64,000 nt of DNA from assembly GCA_036172245.1 (NCBI GenBank), contig JAYWIR010000003.1, positions 992,001-1,056,000 on the forward strand. The letters run 5' to 3'. The translations under genes were made by a program, and so were the position numbers. The notes under the pieces are model-generated. The model was not told where the DNA came from and did no database searches. It was given only the letters and a program-made list of their open reading frames with translations. Below are positions 1 through 13,900 of the stretch, piece by piece (the first letter of the stretch is position 1; each line of letters opens with the position of its first letter). This DNA comes from Raillietiella orientalis. Lineage: Eukaryota.

Positions 1-600
1 GCCTTGAAAGACGCACGAAAATGGGCAACCCGTTTCCCGCCTCGACCTCCGACCGCGGATGCGGGAGAATCGACCCCAAGAACCTCCCCGGAAACGTGGA
101 TTTCCGGGCACGGGCAGGAGGACGCCTCACATCAGTGCTGCAAGGCTTCTTTACTCTTCGCGACGCGCGCACACCTCCTCCTATCGGCGGTCTTCGTCGG
201 ACGAAGCGCATCACGAAGCAGATACTGCGTCCGCAGTTTCCCTCGAGGAGAGGCAAACCATCAAGATGGACTACGTGCACGCCTCCCAGTGACGTGGTGC
301 CCCACGTGGAACGAAGGCATGCCCAGAGTGCACGCCACGGTCACTGCAACCGACGAACCACAAGCGAGACGGAGCACACCTACGAACAGTTTGGGGTTTG
401 CGAGTCCAGACGAGAGGTTCCGCTGGGAAGACGGCATCTACGGAAGCGCCTGGGCAAAGTGAAGCAGCAGCGCTCCATGGGTCAGCTGCGGGCTAAAGGG
501 CGCCGCTCTCGGGGAGCACAAGATCGCCAAGTCGGGAAGTCGACCCGACTTTGTTCGACCTATGGGGGGCACAGTGGGGAAACAATGGGTCCAAGTGGTA
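1..600 (+). mobile_element. Degenerate non-LTR retrotransposon relic (C-terminal part of reverse transcriptase ORF)
   Basis: Frameshifted fragments in expected order: GRIDPKNL (cf. GVxIDxKL), KQILRP..MDY (cf. IRxxLDYG), ARRSTPTNSL (cf. AFRSTPxxSL). Weak similarity, judged by eye. Confidence 0.35.
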
Positions 601-1296
601 AGGAAAGAAGTTGCGCACCACCACCACGGCTGTTCGAAGCGCGATCTCGTTAGGGAGAAGGAAAGGAGGCGCCGGCAAGAGTCTCTGCATCCTGTCGCCG
701 GGACGAGGACCTCTTCCCTATCGATTTGCATGCGCCACGCGGACGTTTTTTTTTTTCCTCCTTTTTTTTCCTTTTTTTGTTGTTTCCTTTTTTGCGTGCC
801 ATAGTCCATTCCACTTACACTGTACGCTGCTTACCTCTTGCGACGGCTTTGGCAGGACGGGCACCGAACTGCCAAGTGCGCTGGTTGATTGGCAGCTCTT
901 TTTACGTGATTTGTAGCACTCCACGGAAAGGCTACAAAGCAAAACAGAGTGAGAAGTCGCCCGGCAAAGCACTGGAAGACGTTCATTTCACACCAACGCA
1001 TTCTTCATCACGCAACTGTCAGAGAACGATGAATTAATATGCATTTGACACACAGCAAACAAATGGTATATATTAGTGAAAAATAGAATAAAAGCAAAAA
1101 ATATCTATAAAAGAAACTAAATCGTGATAAGAACGATTCTGTACCTTTTCTCAGCTACCTTTTGTTGCCTGATGACCTGTAAATGCATGTAACACAACCA
1201 ATATATTAACACATTACGAAAAATTCGAGAGATTTTTGTAAACAAGTACTCAATGATTTTATTTCTTTACTGAAACAGCGGCAATGAACTCTTGTT

Positions 1297-1560
1297 TATA
1301 CATATATATACATATATATATATATATACATACACACACATATATATACGTATACACATATACATACATACATAGGAACCAGCCATAAATGATTCTGAAG
1401 AAAGCTTTATACTCACCTGAGAGACATTAGAAAGCATAGGGCATAGCCCAAAATATGGCATCAAAGAAAATGTTTAATGTTCAACAACTAATTAGAATTT
1501 TTTTTTTATTTTTTTTTATTTTATTTTTTTTTTTTTTAAAAAAATTTTTTTTTTTTCTTT
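1297..1560. repeat. Compound TA/CA microsatellite and poly-T/A tract
   Basis: Visible directly at about 1297-1374 and 1498-1560. Confidence 0.9.
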
Positions 1561-1771
1561 CCTTCATGTAATCCCCATCCAACATTAACAAAAGAAATCA
1601 TTCCCTTAACAAACAGAATGGATTCAATGAACACAATTGAATTGCACAAAAAAACATTTTATTATTTCAGAGGGCTCGTACTTCAAGAAATGGCAAGAAC
1701 ATAGCCACGGGCATGAATCGTCAACGCATGCGCGGCGTGAGCCTACAGTCCAAGCACGATCGCAGCAGTAT

Positions 1772-4700
1772 TTACCTGGAATCGGAATTGCTAGACGAGG
1801 TCGAGTTATCGGAAGAACTATAGCTGCGTTTGCGCTTCTTGGTCTTCTTCTTGGCTTTCTGTCCAGCGTCTTTGACACTCTTCCGCTGCTTTTTACTGCG
1901 GAACCCGCGAGTCAGCAAACGCGGAGGCATTGCTCTTTTTGCATTTACCTGTTTTTGTGGTGGTGCTTCTTCTTCTTCTTCTTGTCTTTCGCGACGGACG
2001 AGTCACTGGAAGCCGTTTAAGGACGTTGCTGTTAGCGCGGCGGGTCAACTCACGGTTTGTCTTTCTTCTTCTTCTTCTCATGACTAGAGGTCGAAGAACG
2101 CGAGGACTTGGTTCGCTCCCGGGATTTCTTCCTCTTTCTGGTGTTTTTGTCGACTTCGGCTTCTTCCGGGCAACGCGAGACGGCAGACGCTTCTTTCGTT
2201 TTTCTGCTTATATCGAAACTACTTCCATCAACGAACGACGCCGGGATACCTAGTGCTTCTCTTAAGCGGTTGTTCTTTTCCTGTTGGGCTTCCGCCGCCT
2301 GGTGGCTTTCTTTGATACTACAAGTACACACGACCGAGACGGAAGTTAGCTGCATATGCTCGTGAAAAGGCCGATGGCAGCAAACCAACTCACGGGGGCG
2401 GGAGGGAAACCGCAACTTCGGCGTCTCCTTTGTCTTTTCTTTTTCTTTCTTTTCAAAGCAGACAAAGAGGTGGCCGAAGACGAATGAGACCAGCGCGGTG
2501 TACAAGTACCGACGGAAAGAGGTTCCCCTCGACCGCGAGCATATTGGATCTCGAGAGCACCACCCAGCCTTAAAGACATGTGCAGTTGAGGTCCCCCCCC
2601 TCCCCCCACAAATCCCGTTCCTTCATCACGAACGATTCCGCATCGCTTTTTTTTTGAAAAAAAAAGAAAAGAAACGAAAAGAAAAGACAAGAGAGAGAGA
2701 GAATGTACCAACACCATCCTCAGCGATAGCCCCCCCATCAATTCATGCACGTTGCATGTCCGCGTGGCGGGGATGAAATCCCAAAGCTTCCCGAAGGCGC
2801 GGTGGATCGATACCAGCTCAAAAGAGGACGCGATCAATACAGGCGCCCAGATCTCGCAATTATGATATAATGTACAATACCTTATTACTGAACGCAGTGT
2901 CTGCCTAGGAACTCGTAAAGGACCGACACGAGATCGAGAGCGTGAATGCTGATCTGAAAAAACTGCCTTTAAGCTTTCACGCCAGAGGCGTTCGAAAACA
3001 CTCATTTGGATGGCATTGAAGCGCGGTTTCTGTCTGCTTTTCAGATATGCAGGCACCATGAATTAATGGAAGACAGCATTGCAATAAGGCATGGGTAATT
3101 CACAATCATTTCCGGTACACAACAAAATATGGAAGACTCGGTTGAAAACACCTTCCCACACGAGGGGGATCGGACCGTGGACCAATTTTTATCTCATCGT
3201 GATCTCGACTGCTGCATGGGTCCGCGAGCCGGGACGACCGGGACGCGTGCGCCTTGGAGCCCCGATTTATTTGGATGCATTTTCACTGCATCCACTTCCC
3301 GTCTCGGGGACAGCTGTCCAGGACTCCTCCAAAAATCAATTGAAATTCTGGAAGTGCATTCCGCTGGCCCGGCAAACGCGACGTGCTCCAAGCACTTCCC
3401 GACTCGCAGCAAACGCGCGCGGGGGCAGCTGCCCACTTCGCGGACCCCACAATCAACGAAAGGGAGTGGGTGGGTGGAAGACAAAACGTGGGATCGATCG
3501 GAATCACGCACGACCCCTTCCCACACACACACACACACACACACTCGACAAACTGTGAAGCGACTCGGATTTTTCACTTCGCCGGAAGAAGGAAGGCACA
3601 CCGTCCACGGGATTTTCTGGAAGCGTCTGCCGAGCACCACCAGTCGAAGCACAGCTTCCGCGATGGCAACGCAGAAACGGTTGCAACTCTCAATCTTACC
3701 GGAAAGAAAAAATTCCAATATGCACGTATGCTCACACTTATGTATGTATGCGTGCACATACGCATCGAAATGAAAAGAATCACTGAAAGGATCGTTAAGC
3801 GAAAAGATGGAAGGATGAAAGCAAAATGAAGCAGCAAAATCGAAAGAGGTTTACAAGAAGAAGAAGAAGAAAGCACATCAAACGTGTTCCCCCGATGCTG
3901 GGGGCCAAGAAAAAAGGCCAGACGAACAACTGGCGGCTTACGGACGGTAAATCCTAATCGCAGAAGCACACGTCAGCCAATCTCTCCTTTTCATGGGCCG
4001 AAGGAAAACTCCTGCACGTGGGAGTGGTGAAACGGAAGATGGACTTTCACACGACTTCGCGTGATTTCGTAATCTTTCTACCCGCCGAAAAGTTATGGTT
4101 CGGGAAAGGCGCCACGCTGTGCAAAATCGGGAAACACGGGAACAACAGTCGCTTCCGGACTCTTTACAACGAGCGAAGATCCGACGCGGAGGAAGTCCCT
4201 GCCTGCGAAGAAACGACCTATGCGGATTAACTGGACCTCGGATCCACTCGGGCGGCCTAAATTACGGGAAGTACTGGCAAAAGATATGCTTGATTTATTG
4301 CGCATGTAACCTCCACTGCTCTCCAGCCACCGGCACATGATTAAACGGTGGACGGATGCTGATGAAGAAAACAAGGATGAGAAAACCGAAGCCCCACGAA
4401 TACCGAGCAGCAACACGACCCGACCCCAAACGACGGAACGGATGCTTATTTCGCATGGACGCGATTCGCCCGTGCACTGACGAAGCAAAATCCAAGTGCC
4501 CACGTTAACCGGTTGGGTGCATCGAAAACGAGAACACTTTCCAGCTCGACCTGGAAACGAAGAAACGATCCTTCTTCGTTTCCACCTCTGAACACCGGAA
4601 GTCATCAACAGTCTTCGGAGGTGACTTCCAGTCGCGAAGACGAATCACATCGGGTAGTACATTCGAGATGAATTCCATATCTGTGCGCACGGATCGAATT

Positions 4701-7700
4701 GCACTGAGAAAGAAGATCCCTCCCAGACGATCGTCCCAGGTTCCAGCCGGCTTGCATCCATCCCTCTCCTCACCCCCGATCTGCATCCGGATTCGAAGCT
4801 GGACCCGCGGAGAAAAGATTCCGCCCACCTATTCGTTTTTCTGTGCATTCCGCCGCTCCGCGAGCCAACTACAAGGCGGAAGAATCTTTCTGCATTTCGA
4901 TTCGCAAATCCACACCGACTCCGATGGTGCGACAAAGCACGGGTGCTAGGAGTGGTGGCTGCACGCTTGCGATTGCATGGACCGTAAAAATCATTGGGAA
5001 TCATTCTGACTGAATGTTTTTATCAGGAGAACACGCTGTGAAACCGCCGAGGAAAGGAACACGCCGTCGGCTCACCCCGCCCAAGAAACGTAAAAGAGGG
5101 CAAACCATGCATTACAGGCCAAACAGATGCGTTATGGATTTTACCACAGACAAACCAACTGCAGTGGCACAACGGAAACTGTGAATGCTTAAGGGATAGA
5201 GATCCCGAGTGGACGCTGCGTTCCAAAGATTCGCTTCAGAAGAAAGTTCCAAATGAACAAATTCTTCCCTACACACCAGCATGTAACAGACATTACAGCA
5301 ATGACGGCACTCCCTCGGTTTCTTCCAACTTAAATGCTCCAAGCACATTATCCTTTAATTCATTTCACTGATTCCTTTCCTGGACCGGAAGAAAAGGAAA
5401 AAAGAAAAAATCCTCGCTGATGTCCGGGGGGTTCTTTTCGCTAATTTGTAGAAGGTTGTACAAACAGAATTCTGTACCTCTCCCGTAATTGATGATTCAC
5501 CTTTTGTTTCTGCAGCAACAAAAGATGATTTTTTCTCCGGAAAACAGTTCCTACGGGAGAAACAGCAACTTCAAGGATAAAAGTGCTTCTGTAACGCCTA
5601 AAGACAATTACAGCCCTCGTAATGCATTCTAAGCAGGCGAATTTTGCGGCAATTCCCTCTGCAAAACACAATGGCAAGAACATCTGCAAGACACGATTTT
5701 CAGTGCAAGGAATGTTTCGAAATTTATTTATTTATTTATTTATTTATTTATTTTTGGGGGGGGCGATGCAATCTGAAACTTCCCTGAACTGTGATCGGAG
5801 GCTCGCCAAACCTTCTTCGAAGATCAGGGCGCTATTACAGTATCCGCAGAGAATCCGCATCGCCATTTTCCGTCGGGCAGACTCCAAGTGCACAGAACAC
5901 GGTTGCATCATTCGCCAATTCAAACACTTAAAAAGCTGCCATGAAGGATGCGGAACGGAAACACTGCACAAGAAGAAGCTAAAGCTACGGCGAACACATT
6001 TCATCCTGGCGCAAGTCACAGAATAGATGCGCGCACCAGGACGACCTTCGAAGGGTCTGCCGGGAATTCTACACCGACGCAGTAAGATAGAATGAATGGA
6101 CTGTAATCTCTGTGCCGGCCGCGAAACGATCCCTTCCATAACAAAATACATCACGGTGAGCAACCGCATCAGCAAATGGCACGGCAAAGCTAAAAGCAGA
6201 GACGGCAAGGCCACACCACATAAGAAAGCAGTGGGAAACAATAATCGGGAAAGAGAGATACCAAAACGGGAAGCTGTTTGTCAAAGGTGTGAACAAATCG
6301 TGTCGATGGAGTCACACAACGGTTCGTGCGCGCAAAACGAACTTTGAAGTTTCCTGTTGATCATCATCAGCAGACGTGAAGAAGCGACAAAAGTTCCACT
6401 GCCGGATCCCTTGCTTCGGCGAGCATTTGTTTTGTTTGGGGAGGGGGGAGACACCGCAAGGGACGCTATTACGTGCGAGTGCCATCGTCGGAGGACAAGA
6501 CATAATGGCCAGCAGAAGGAAAAAATCAAAATCTTACGACTACACACACTATAGCCGCACTGACCCGAACGGAACACGGAGTTCAAACGTTCAAACAAGG
6601 CACTCTGGCCCTACCGCAGTGCACGGCTATATACAAAGAAGTTGGTCCTTTGTACTGAAACGCAAGAACGATGCTCGCTGAGGACAAGTTGGAGACATGA
6701 CGACCACGGCCACCACCAACGAAAATTCGAGACAAAGACGGGGGCGGACACCGAACGTGCATGCTGATCCGTGATACCACGGGTATGGGTCAATGGAAAC
6801 GGCAAACGCAACGGAAACTGGATGCTGACACGCGCGAATCCGATGCGAAGAAGAAGGGAGATCCACGCATCCACCATGGGAGCTTACTGCGAAGGAAAAG
6901 GAGACGCAAAACGGTAATCCCTCGCCGAAAACGGGGGAGAGGTGGGAGAGGGGAAGGGGGGAGGCGACATACAGACGGTCCCTCACCACAGGGTAATGAA
7001 AAAGCACCACCGAGGCGATCCGGGCTCGAATGATAATGAAACCACGTCACAAAGCCATCGCGTGGCAGGAAAAAAGTCTAAAAATCGGCACACCGAGCTA
7101 CAAAACCCATTTGCTGCTAACGAAGGAGGGCAATCGGGAACAGAGCAGTTAACACGACAACCTTTAATGAAGGGGTTGAAGCGCCTGATTGAATACTCAC
7201 ATTGGACGCCCGAATTCATCTCTCACAATGGTGGTCCTTTCATCTTCCTTTTCTATTAACATCTCACGGAATGCAATTATTTTCCTCTCGATTTCTTCTT
7301 GTGAGAAACTAAAAGCAAACACAAGAACTCACACACACGTGTATGTACACATATTTACTCACATGGTATAAGATTCGCACAATTAATAAACACGCAACTT
7401 CAAATATAAATGAAATGGTGCACATTCGTGTTACATTCCATAGTGCTTTGGATTCGTGTTACAACAAACGAATAACTTTGTAAGTATATAAAACACGTAA
7501 ACAAATAGAAGAGGTTTTGTCCTGCAATTTCAAAAGTGAAAAAGTGCTCTCAAAAAGTGCTTCCACTTTTGAGCAACTGAATCGTCTTTAAACATCGGAG
7601 AGTATTGAAATTACATTCAGTACGAATTACTGAACTTTCTTTGGTGCTCTTTTCATTCCATAGTGCCACCTATCGCACACCGAGATCGGACCACCGTTAG

Positions 7701-9302
7701 TAAACACGCACTGATTCACGTATAAGCAAGTGGACCACAAAGAAATCGGAAAAGCTGTATTGTACAGATAGAAAGGCAGTTATGGAAGAATTTCAACAAG
7801 TCACACATACAACACGCAGGTAAGGGTAGCGCTCTCATACTGCCCGGAACTTTCGAGCCCCTGACCCTCATCCTAGCGATTTCGAAGCGCTGACGGTCGA
7901 GATTCGGGAAGGATGGGGAGGAGGGGGGAGGGGAACCAACCATCACTGTTTACAAGGCGTGAGCCACTCTTGGAACCAACTCTGTGAGATGCCTTTCATG
8001 TTTCTTCGAGTGCACAATACTCTCTATCGAACTACATAGACTCCCCCGTGCCTGCACGCCAGACGCAGAGGAGCAGACCGACGCAGGCGCAACCCACGGC
8101 AAAACCAATTCGGAATGCAAACACAATCAATAGGGAACGAAAGGAAAACCGACAGGAGCGTGGCTCCTACCGCGGCGTCAGCCCGAACTGGTTTGCCAAA
8201 AAAAAAAAAAGAGGAAAGAAAAAAAAAAAGGGGGGGGGGGAATAAACGGGGAATGAAAAATTCCGGACAATCAATCACGATCGGATTCCGGGAAAGAGAA
8301 TGGGCAGTTTTCGCCAGAAAAATAGGGGGGAAATGCTACTATGGTGCACCTCGTGAGGACCGTCGAAAATGAACCCAGCTCTCCAAACCTCAAAGTTCAT
8401 CACCATCGCGAAATCGAACTGATGCGCCCACAGATACAATTGAGACACACACACACACACACACATACGCATCCTACACTGCTAAAAAATCATTACGGAA
8501 AGGTAGTAAATACTTTTTATCTTTCATTAAAAAATACTTTAAATTCTTGCAAATGACTAAATACACGGATTTTCAAAACGCTTTTATGTACCACGAGCAG
8601 TAACCTCGCAAAGTACGTGGCTGATGTGAATCTGCAATCAAAAACTGAATTTTTGATGATAAATATGAGGCAACACAACAGATAAATCATCAAATTTACG
8701 TCCTTAAGATAAAAGGCGTGCGTTCATACCAACGGTGATCTTGTTTTGAGTTTCTCACGAACTGCACCTTCAATTGAATCTCCGTATAAACAGAACACAC
8801 ACACACACACATCCCATATATTACTTTCATATCCGACATGAACCAAACCATTCAACATGATTCTATTACTGAAAATGCATAAATTAAATCAGTTTTGAGG
8901 ATTCAGCTGAAACATGCTCATTCTACCAGTAAGTGTACAACAAAAAGAAATGTACGAAAAACGAAGACATTCAAAAATTTAACAAGAAAACATTTCTTTT
9001 AAAAGCAAAAAAGGCTGTAATGATGATGTATACACTTGAAACCTACAGTGCTCACATACATACCCCTGTTCCTCCATGACTTCTTCTAATTCCACACATC
9101 TAACTTCAATTTTCCGCTTTCTTTCATGATCCAAAATTTCTGGGTTTGGGGGTCTATATGTAACAGCATCTAGCTTTTTGATTTCTTCTTCTGTCTTATA
9201 ATTTACTTTTTCTTTATGCTTTCTAATAAATGACAGATTACGCTGCACATATCCATTTGTGCCTGAGCCCCTAGCAGTAGGCAATCCAATTCCATTATAC
9301 AT
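1772..9302 (-). CDS. SRRM2: SRRM2/SRm300 (cwf21-domain) splicing factor; exons 9064-9302, 7201-7308, 2054-2317, 1949-2005, 1776-1895; 3' end uncertain
   Basis: MYNGIGLPTARGSGTNGYVQRNLS, PNPEILDHERKRKIEVRC, FSQEEIERKIIAFREML..DEFGRPI, ESHQAAEAQQEKNNRLREALGI..FVDGSSFD, then Lys/Ser-rich tail. All junctions GT-AG and phase 2. Read-through of the last donor gives TAA at 1772-1774. Confidence 0.92.
4220..7100 (+). mobile_element. Degenerate LINE ORF2 relic (APE endonuclease + RT), antisense in SRRM2 intron 2
   Basis: Collinear eroded motifs: INWT..KLREVLAKDMLDLL (endonuclease N-terminus), VFGGDFQ at 4611 (GDFN), DSAHL (SDH), PEW, RIAI..FKHL, GETPQGTLL near 6445 (GVPQGS), YDYT (YADD). Many stops and frameshifts. 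Confidence 0.5.
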
Positions 9303-9739
9303 TTTTGAATGTTACTAGCAAATAAAACTGAAACACAAGAAGCACTACCAAATTAAACCATCAAAGCTATAAAATAAACTGATACCCTCCCAGACCAATT
9401 CTTTACTAATTTCTATGACAGCATCAAAAAGTCTAAATTAAAAATCCATGTATTATGTAATCCATTATATATTTTATATTCACATTTAACCTATGATTAC
9501 TTTATCAAAAATAAATCAGTAAATACAAATTTCAGCATTCACCAATTTTGGATTACAATACTTGGATTCTGATGAACAAAAAGTTGGCTAGATACCATTA
9601 CTATACGAATGTTTGTGAACAGGATTAATCATCGCAGGAATGCTTAAAACAACTTAGCAATAAAATGGAACAATTTCATAGGAAGGTAAAACTAATGTTT
9701 AAGAAACAGTAAAATGACAATTACATCAAAGAGAGCATT

Positions 9740-10935
9740 TAAATCAATACCATCACGATTTCTCCAATGGAAATAGGCATTAGCCTGCTCCTTCTTTATA
9801 ATAAAAAAAGTCATTGAAACATCAAGCACCTGGAAATCATGTATTTACCTCATAAAATCTTCAATCACTTGGTGTGTTTGAACTGTGTTCAAATTATTAA
9901 TTCACATTTCTGTAATTCAGAAACAGCAAACCATTTTGGGATACGAAACAAGCAGCTTATATTCAGTTATCACTTCACAGAAGTACAGAAAATAATCAGT
10001 TTCCAGCATTACTTATGCTTCCATACATGGATATCAGTTTCAGATGCTGGACCTCATTGTGGATAAAGTCATTCAATTATCAGCTTCCGAAACATATACA
10101 AGAACACAGGTAAGAACATAGACATTCTTTGCTAGATGCATATATGAGTTTAATCTGAACACATAGTTGGCAGTTTACAGGCAAGGCATTGAAAAGATAT
10201 GGAAAGCACTTTCAAGTGCAATGTTTACAGTTTATGAAACAAATTTTTTTGGCATGTTGATTATGCTTCAGTAATGATAATCGCTATAGAACTTTCAATA
10301 GACATTCCTTTTTTCTGATGAACTGTAGCATCATGAACTGCTTTTCTCAACTCTTTTCATTAGTACTTCATTTTGTCACATGATCTGTGACAAAATGAAC
10401 TACTGTTCACTTGCAAAAGCTATTGTAATTTTTAAATACAGGCTGCAAATATTCAACAGACATTTGACAACAAACAATTTCATAAGATCATTTACATTAT
10501 TTACATCTATTAAACTCATCCTAGATATTGCACTCATATTGCATACAAGGACATACACTTTCGTGGATATTCTAATATTTTGCATAATTTCAATGAAATC
10601 CCATAACAGTTTCGGAAGCTGACAAATTGAATGACTTTATCCACAATGAGGTCCAGCATCTGAAGCTGATATCCATGTATGGAAGCGTAAGTAATGCTGG
10701 AAACTGATTATTTTCTGTACATCAGTGAATTGATAACTGAACATAAACTGTTCATTTCGTACCATAAAATGTTTTGCTGTTCCTGAGTTACAGAAACGCG
10801 GATTAATAATTTAAAGACAATTCAATACACCTAGTGATCGATTTTTATTAGGAAAATACATAATTCCCAGTGTGCTTAGACGCTGTAAATTTAGCAGGTC
10901 TGTATTCATGAAAATCGATTTTGATGGCGATAAAA
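9740..10935. repeat. Long inverted repeat; clear arms about 9824-10093 and 10609-10879, spacer about 515 bp
   Basis: 9983-10093 is the reverse complement of 10609-10720 with about 4 differences; similarity decays outward. Confidence 0.95.
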
Positions 10936-13900
10936 TTTGACTTTCACGATTCATTTACACACTTTCTTTGGACGATACATATTCAATTTTTCAATTCCTT
11001 TCTCTGTAAATTCCAACATCAGCATAAACACTGATAGAAAATACGAACATTACAACAATGCTTCCAGTTGGAAAAACATTACAGAGACCAAAATCAAAAA
11101 CAATTCAAGTATTTCTCATGAGTGGTAGTAAAACACACCGCGCATCAAAAGATAAAATCAGATCCAAATCAATATTTACTTATACCGTTAGCTATTAAGC
11201 AGATTTGATACAGTGTTTCGTAGCTCCGTAAACACTATATCAAATGACACTGATTTTCCTCGATGAATAACAGCTTTTAGCTCCTCTTTAAATATATAAT
11301 GGATAGACAATATTATAGAAATACACAATACACGACAAATCAATCTACAGGGACAACACTGCGCACCAAACCAGCACTGCAGAAATACCAAGACCATGAG
11401 AGTTTATGACATTAGAACTGTTGTGCCTGCTAATCAAAATCAAACAATACTTACCTTTCACTATTCATAATAATACATGTTTTGTGTTTTAAGAATGCAC
11501 GGTAATCTTTATTCATTTAATGTGATGTCTTCCTTTTCAGAGAAAAAACTACCTTGCTATTGTCGCTCTGATTAATGAGATCAAGGGCTCACTGAATTAT
11601 GAAAAACATAGTTCAAGATTAGCTTTGGACGGTATTGTCTTCTGAATTATTTAAAATTGGAATAAAATTCAATATATTCACACTTATGGGCATATTTTCT
11701 AGAATTTTGTTCTTTAATGTGTAAGTTAGCGATAAGGTACTCAGTTTTTAATACAAGCATCGTATTATTATACTTGTCACTACCAGTAAAAAATAACTTC
11801 AGTCACACTCAATCTACGCATCACAGGCATCGCTTACATTAATAAACTAAGAGCTAGAATTCAATAAAATGAAACACAGAAACAACTATATCAAAATATG
11901 AATTCTATAGTACATAACATACACTTTCTTTAGTGGCAAAGTTTCTGCTGAAATTTGCTGAAAGGAAGGCACTCCTTGCACAAGTTACTTAATGATCAAC
12001 TTTTTTGAATCAATTTCATGTTTACAATTTAATGTTCAACATGTTCCACAGATAAATTCATCTTCTAAGCGAAATAGTCTCGAACACCGTTTCCTTTCAG
12101 CTTCGTTTTCTTTTCATTTGTTTTTGGAAATCATTCTTTCCTGCTTTGACTACATAAGTTGTATAAAAGATGGAAAACCAATAATACTTTAAAAGAAATG
12201 GCGGATTAAATAAAATATTCGGACCGATGGAAACCAACTCTTGAATAAAGGACCCTTAAGGACTGAATACATTTTCCAGAAAACTTTCGAAAACTTATTC
12301 CAATAGAATATCAGCCCAAAAATACTACGATCTGTGTTCGTCCTAGAAATTTGAATCCTTCGGAATTCCTAAGTGACTCATTATTGAAGATCCACTTTTT
12401 GTTTGTTACTTTCTTTTGATACTTTTTATCTCCAAACTTTTAAATTCATTTGTATGTTTTTCACTGACTTTCTTGCAAAAGAATTCACAACTGGTATGAA
12501 AAACTTCCCCGAAGAATTCTTATCCATGCATTTAATTTTCCTGTCATTTTGATAAAATTGTATTTACTGAAACAGTTTGTTTCCACACCATTAAACGAAG
12601 AAGGTTTCATCAGAGCTTGTTATATTGCTATCAGACAAAGTCTAGTGTTAATATGCCCACATACTCTAAAAGCAAGCAAGGAGAAAAAGAAGACACCTGA
12701 AGAAGGACATTCCTCGAAAGGAATATTTGAGGATAAAACTCGCTGATAGAGCTTACTATAGTAATGGTCTTCAAAAAGTGAGGCCGTATTCCTATGATTG
12801 CTAAGAGAGCATTTATTTCCTTACCACAGCGATGTCTAAAGATCGTGCTTCTTCAACCCATGCCTTCTCGTGATCAAGTGAAACCGAATTGCTTCAGATT
12901 TATGTTCGAATTCAAATTTCAGTCAACCACAATAATGCCATCATTGAAAAATAGTCACTGTTTCATACTTTTTTTCTTTAAATATGTTTGCATACTTAAT
13001 ATCTTCATGGTCTATCTACAAGTACGTGTCTCCAGGCTGAATACTAAAACGGAAAATCAATTCTTTTGTTCCACATTTACCCCACATCCAAGACGAGAAA
13101 AGGAAGAAGGAATTCTATTTTAGAAAGCTGAATCGATATGTTTTCTTGGGATTTTGTCTATGCATCTACTTTCCTAACTTACAGTTTTCGATCCTCTTTA
13201 TCTCGGAAAGTCTTAGTAATGTACACATGTACGCTGCTGAAGCTGAATGCAAGTTCAAAACGACTCAACGCATCTTTAGAAGAAAAGATGGAATGTAATT
13301 TGCGTCTAAGGATTTTCAAGAAATGCATGAGATTATTGGGATAATGATTCGTATTTTAGGGAATGAGAAAATGCATTTGCATAAAGCTACGATTGTCGAC
13401 CAACAGTATCTACTACAACCAAATGATCCTCTGCATCACGTATGACAGTGTGTTGCAAAGTTTACTGCAGACTTATCCTTTGAAATAGCATTCGTCGAAG
13501 CAAGAGATTGGATGGATGCCTGCACATTGTGGTAATACCGATCGAAAATAAATCAATTTCTCAACATATATTTGGTAGTATCTGCATTAATCCTTAGCTG
13601 AATATCACCTCGACATCGAGGTAGCTATGATTTTGGTTTTCGGTATCATTCATCATACAGCACATGAAATTTAAAATCTTTCAATCTATTCGAATCTTAA
13701 GCGAATATCAACCAAATCTGCTCGTGTCTATAAAACTTTGCTAACTTATAGTTGGAATAATCTCAAAAAAAAAGCACCAAATCAGTTAGAATGCTCATTA
13801 CAAAATGCTCATCTAATGATTCGCATGTCCAAGGAGGGATCGTTTTATTTATGCATTCTTACGTGGGTTGCAAAAAACTAAGAACTAGATGTATATATTT

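Noticed and set aside
4000..6400. piggyBac transposase relic suggested by Cys-rich fragments (CRHCCNVC, VCQRCEQ)
   Set aside because: Fragments lie on both strands and are not collinear; a LINE endonuclease-RT reading explains more motifs in order.
8715..8790. SRRM2 exon 2 candidate (YTEIQLKVQF)
   Set aside because: No suitable acceptor; the true exon is at 7201-7308.
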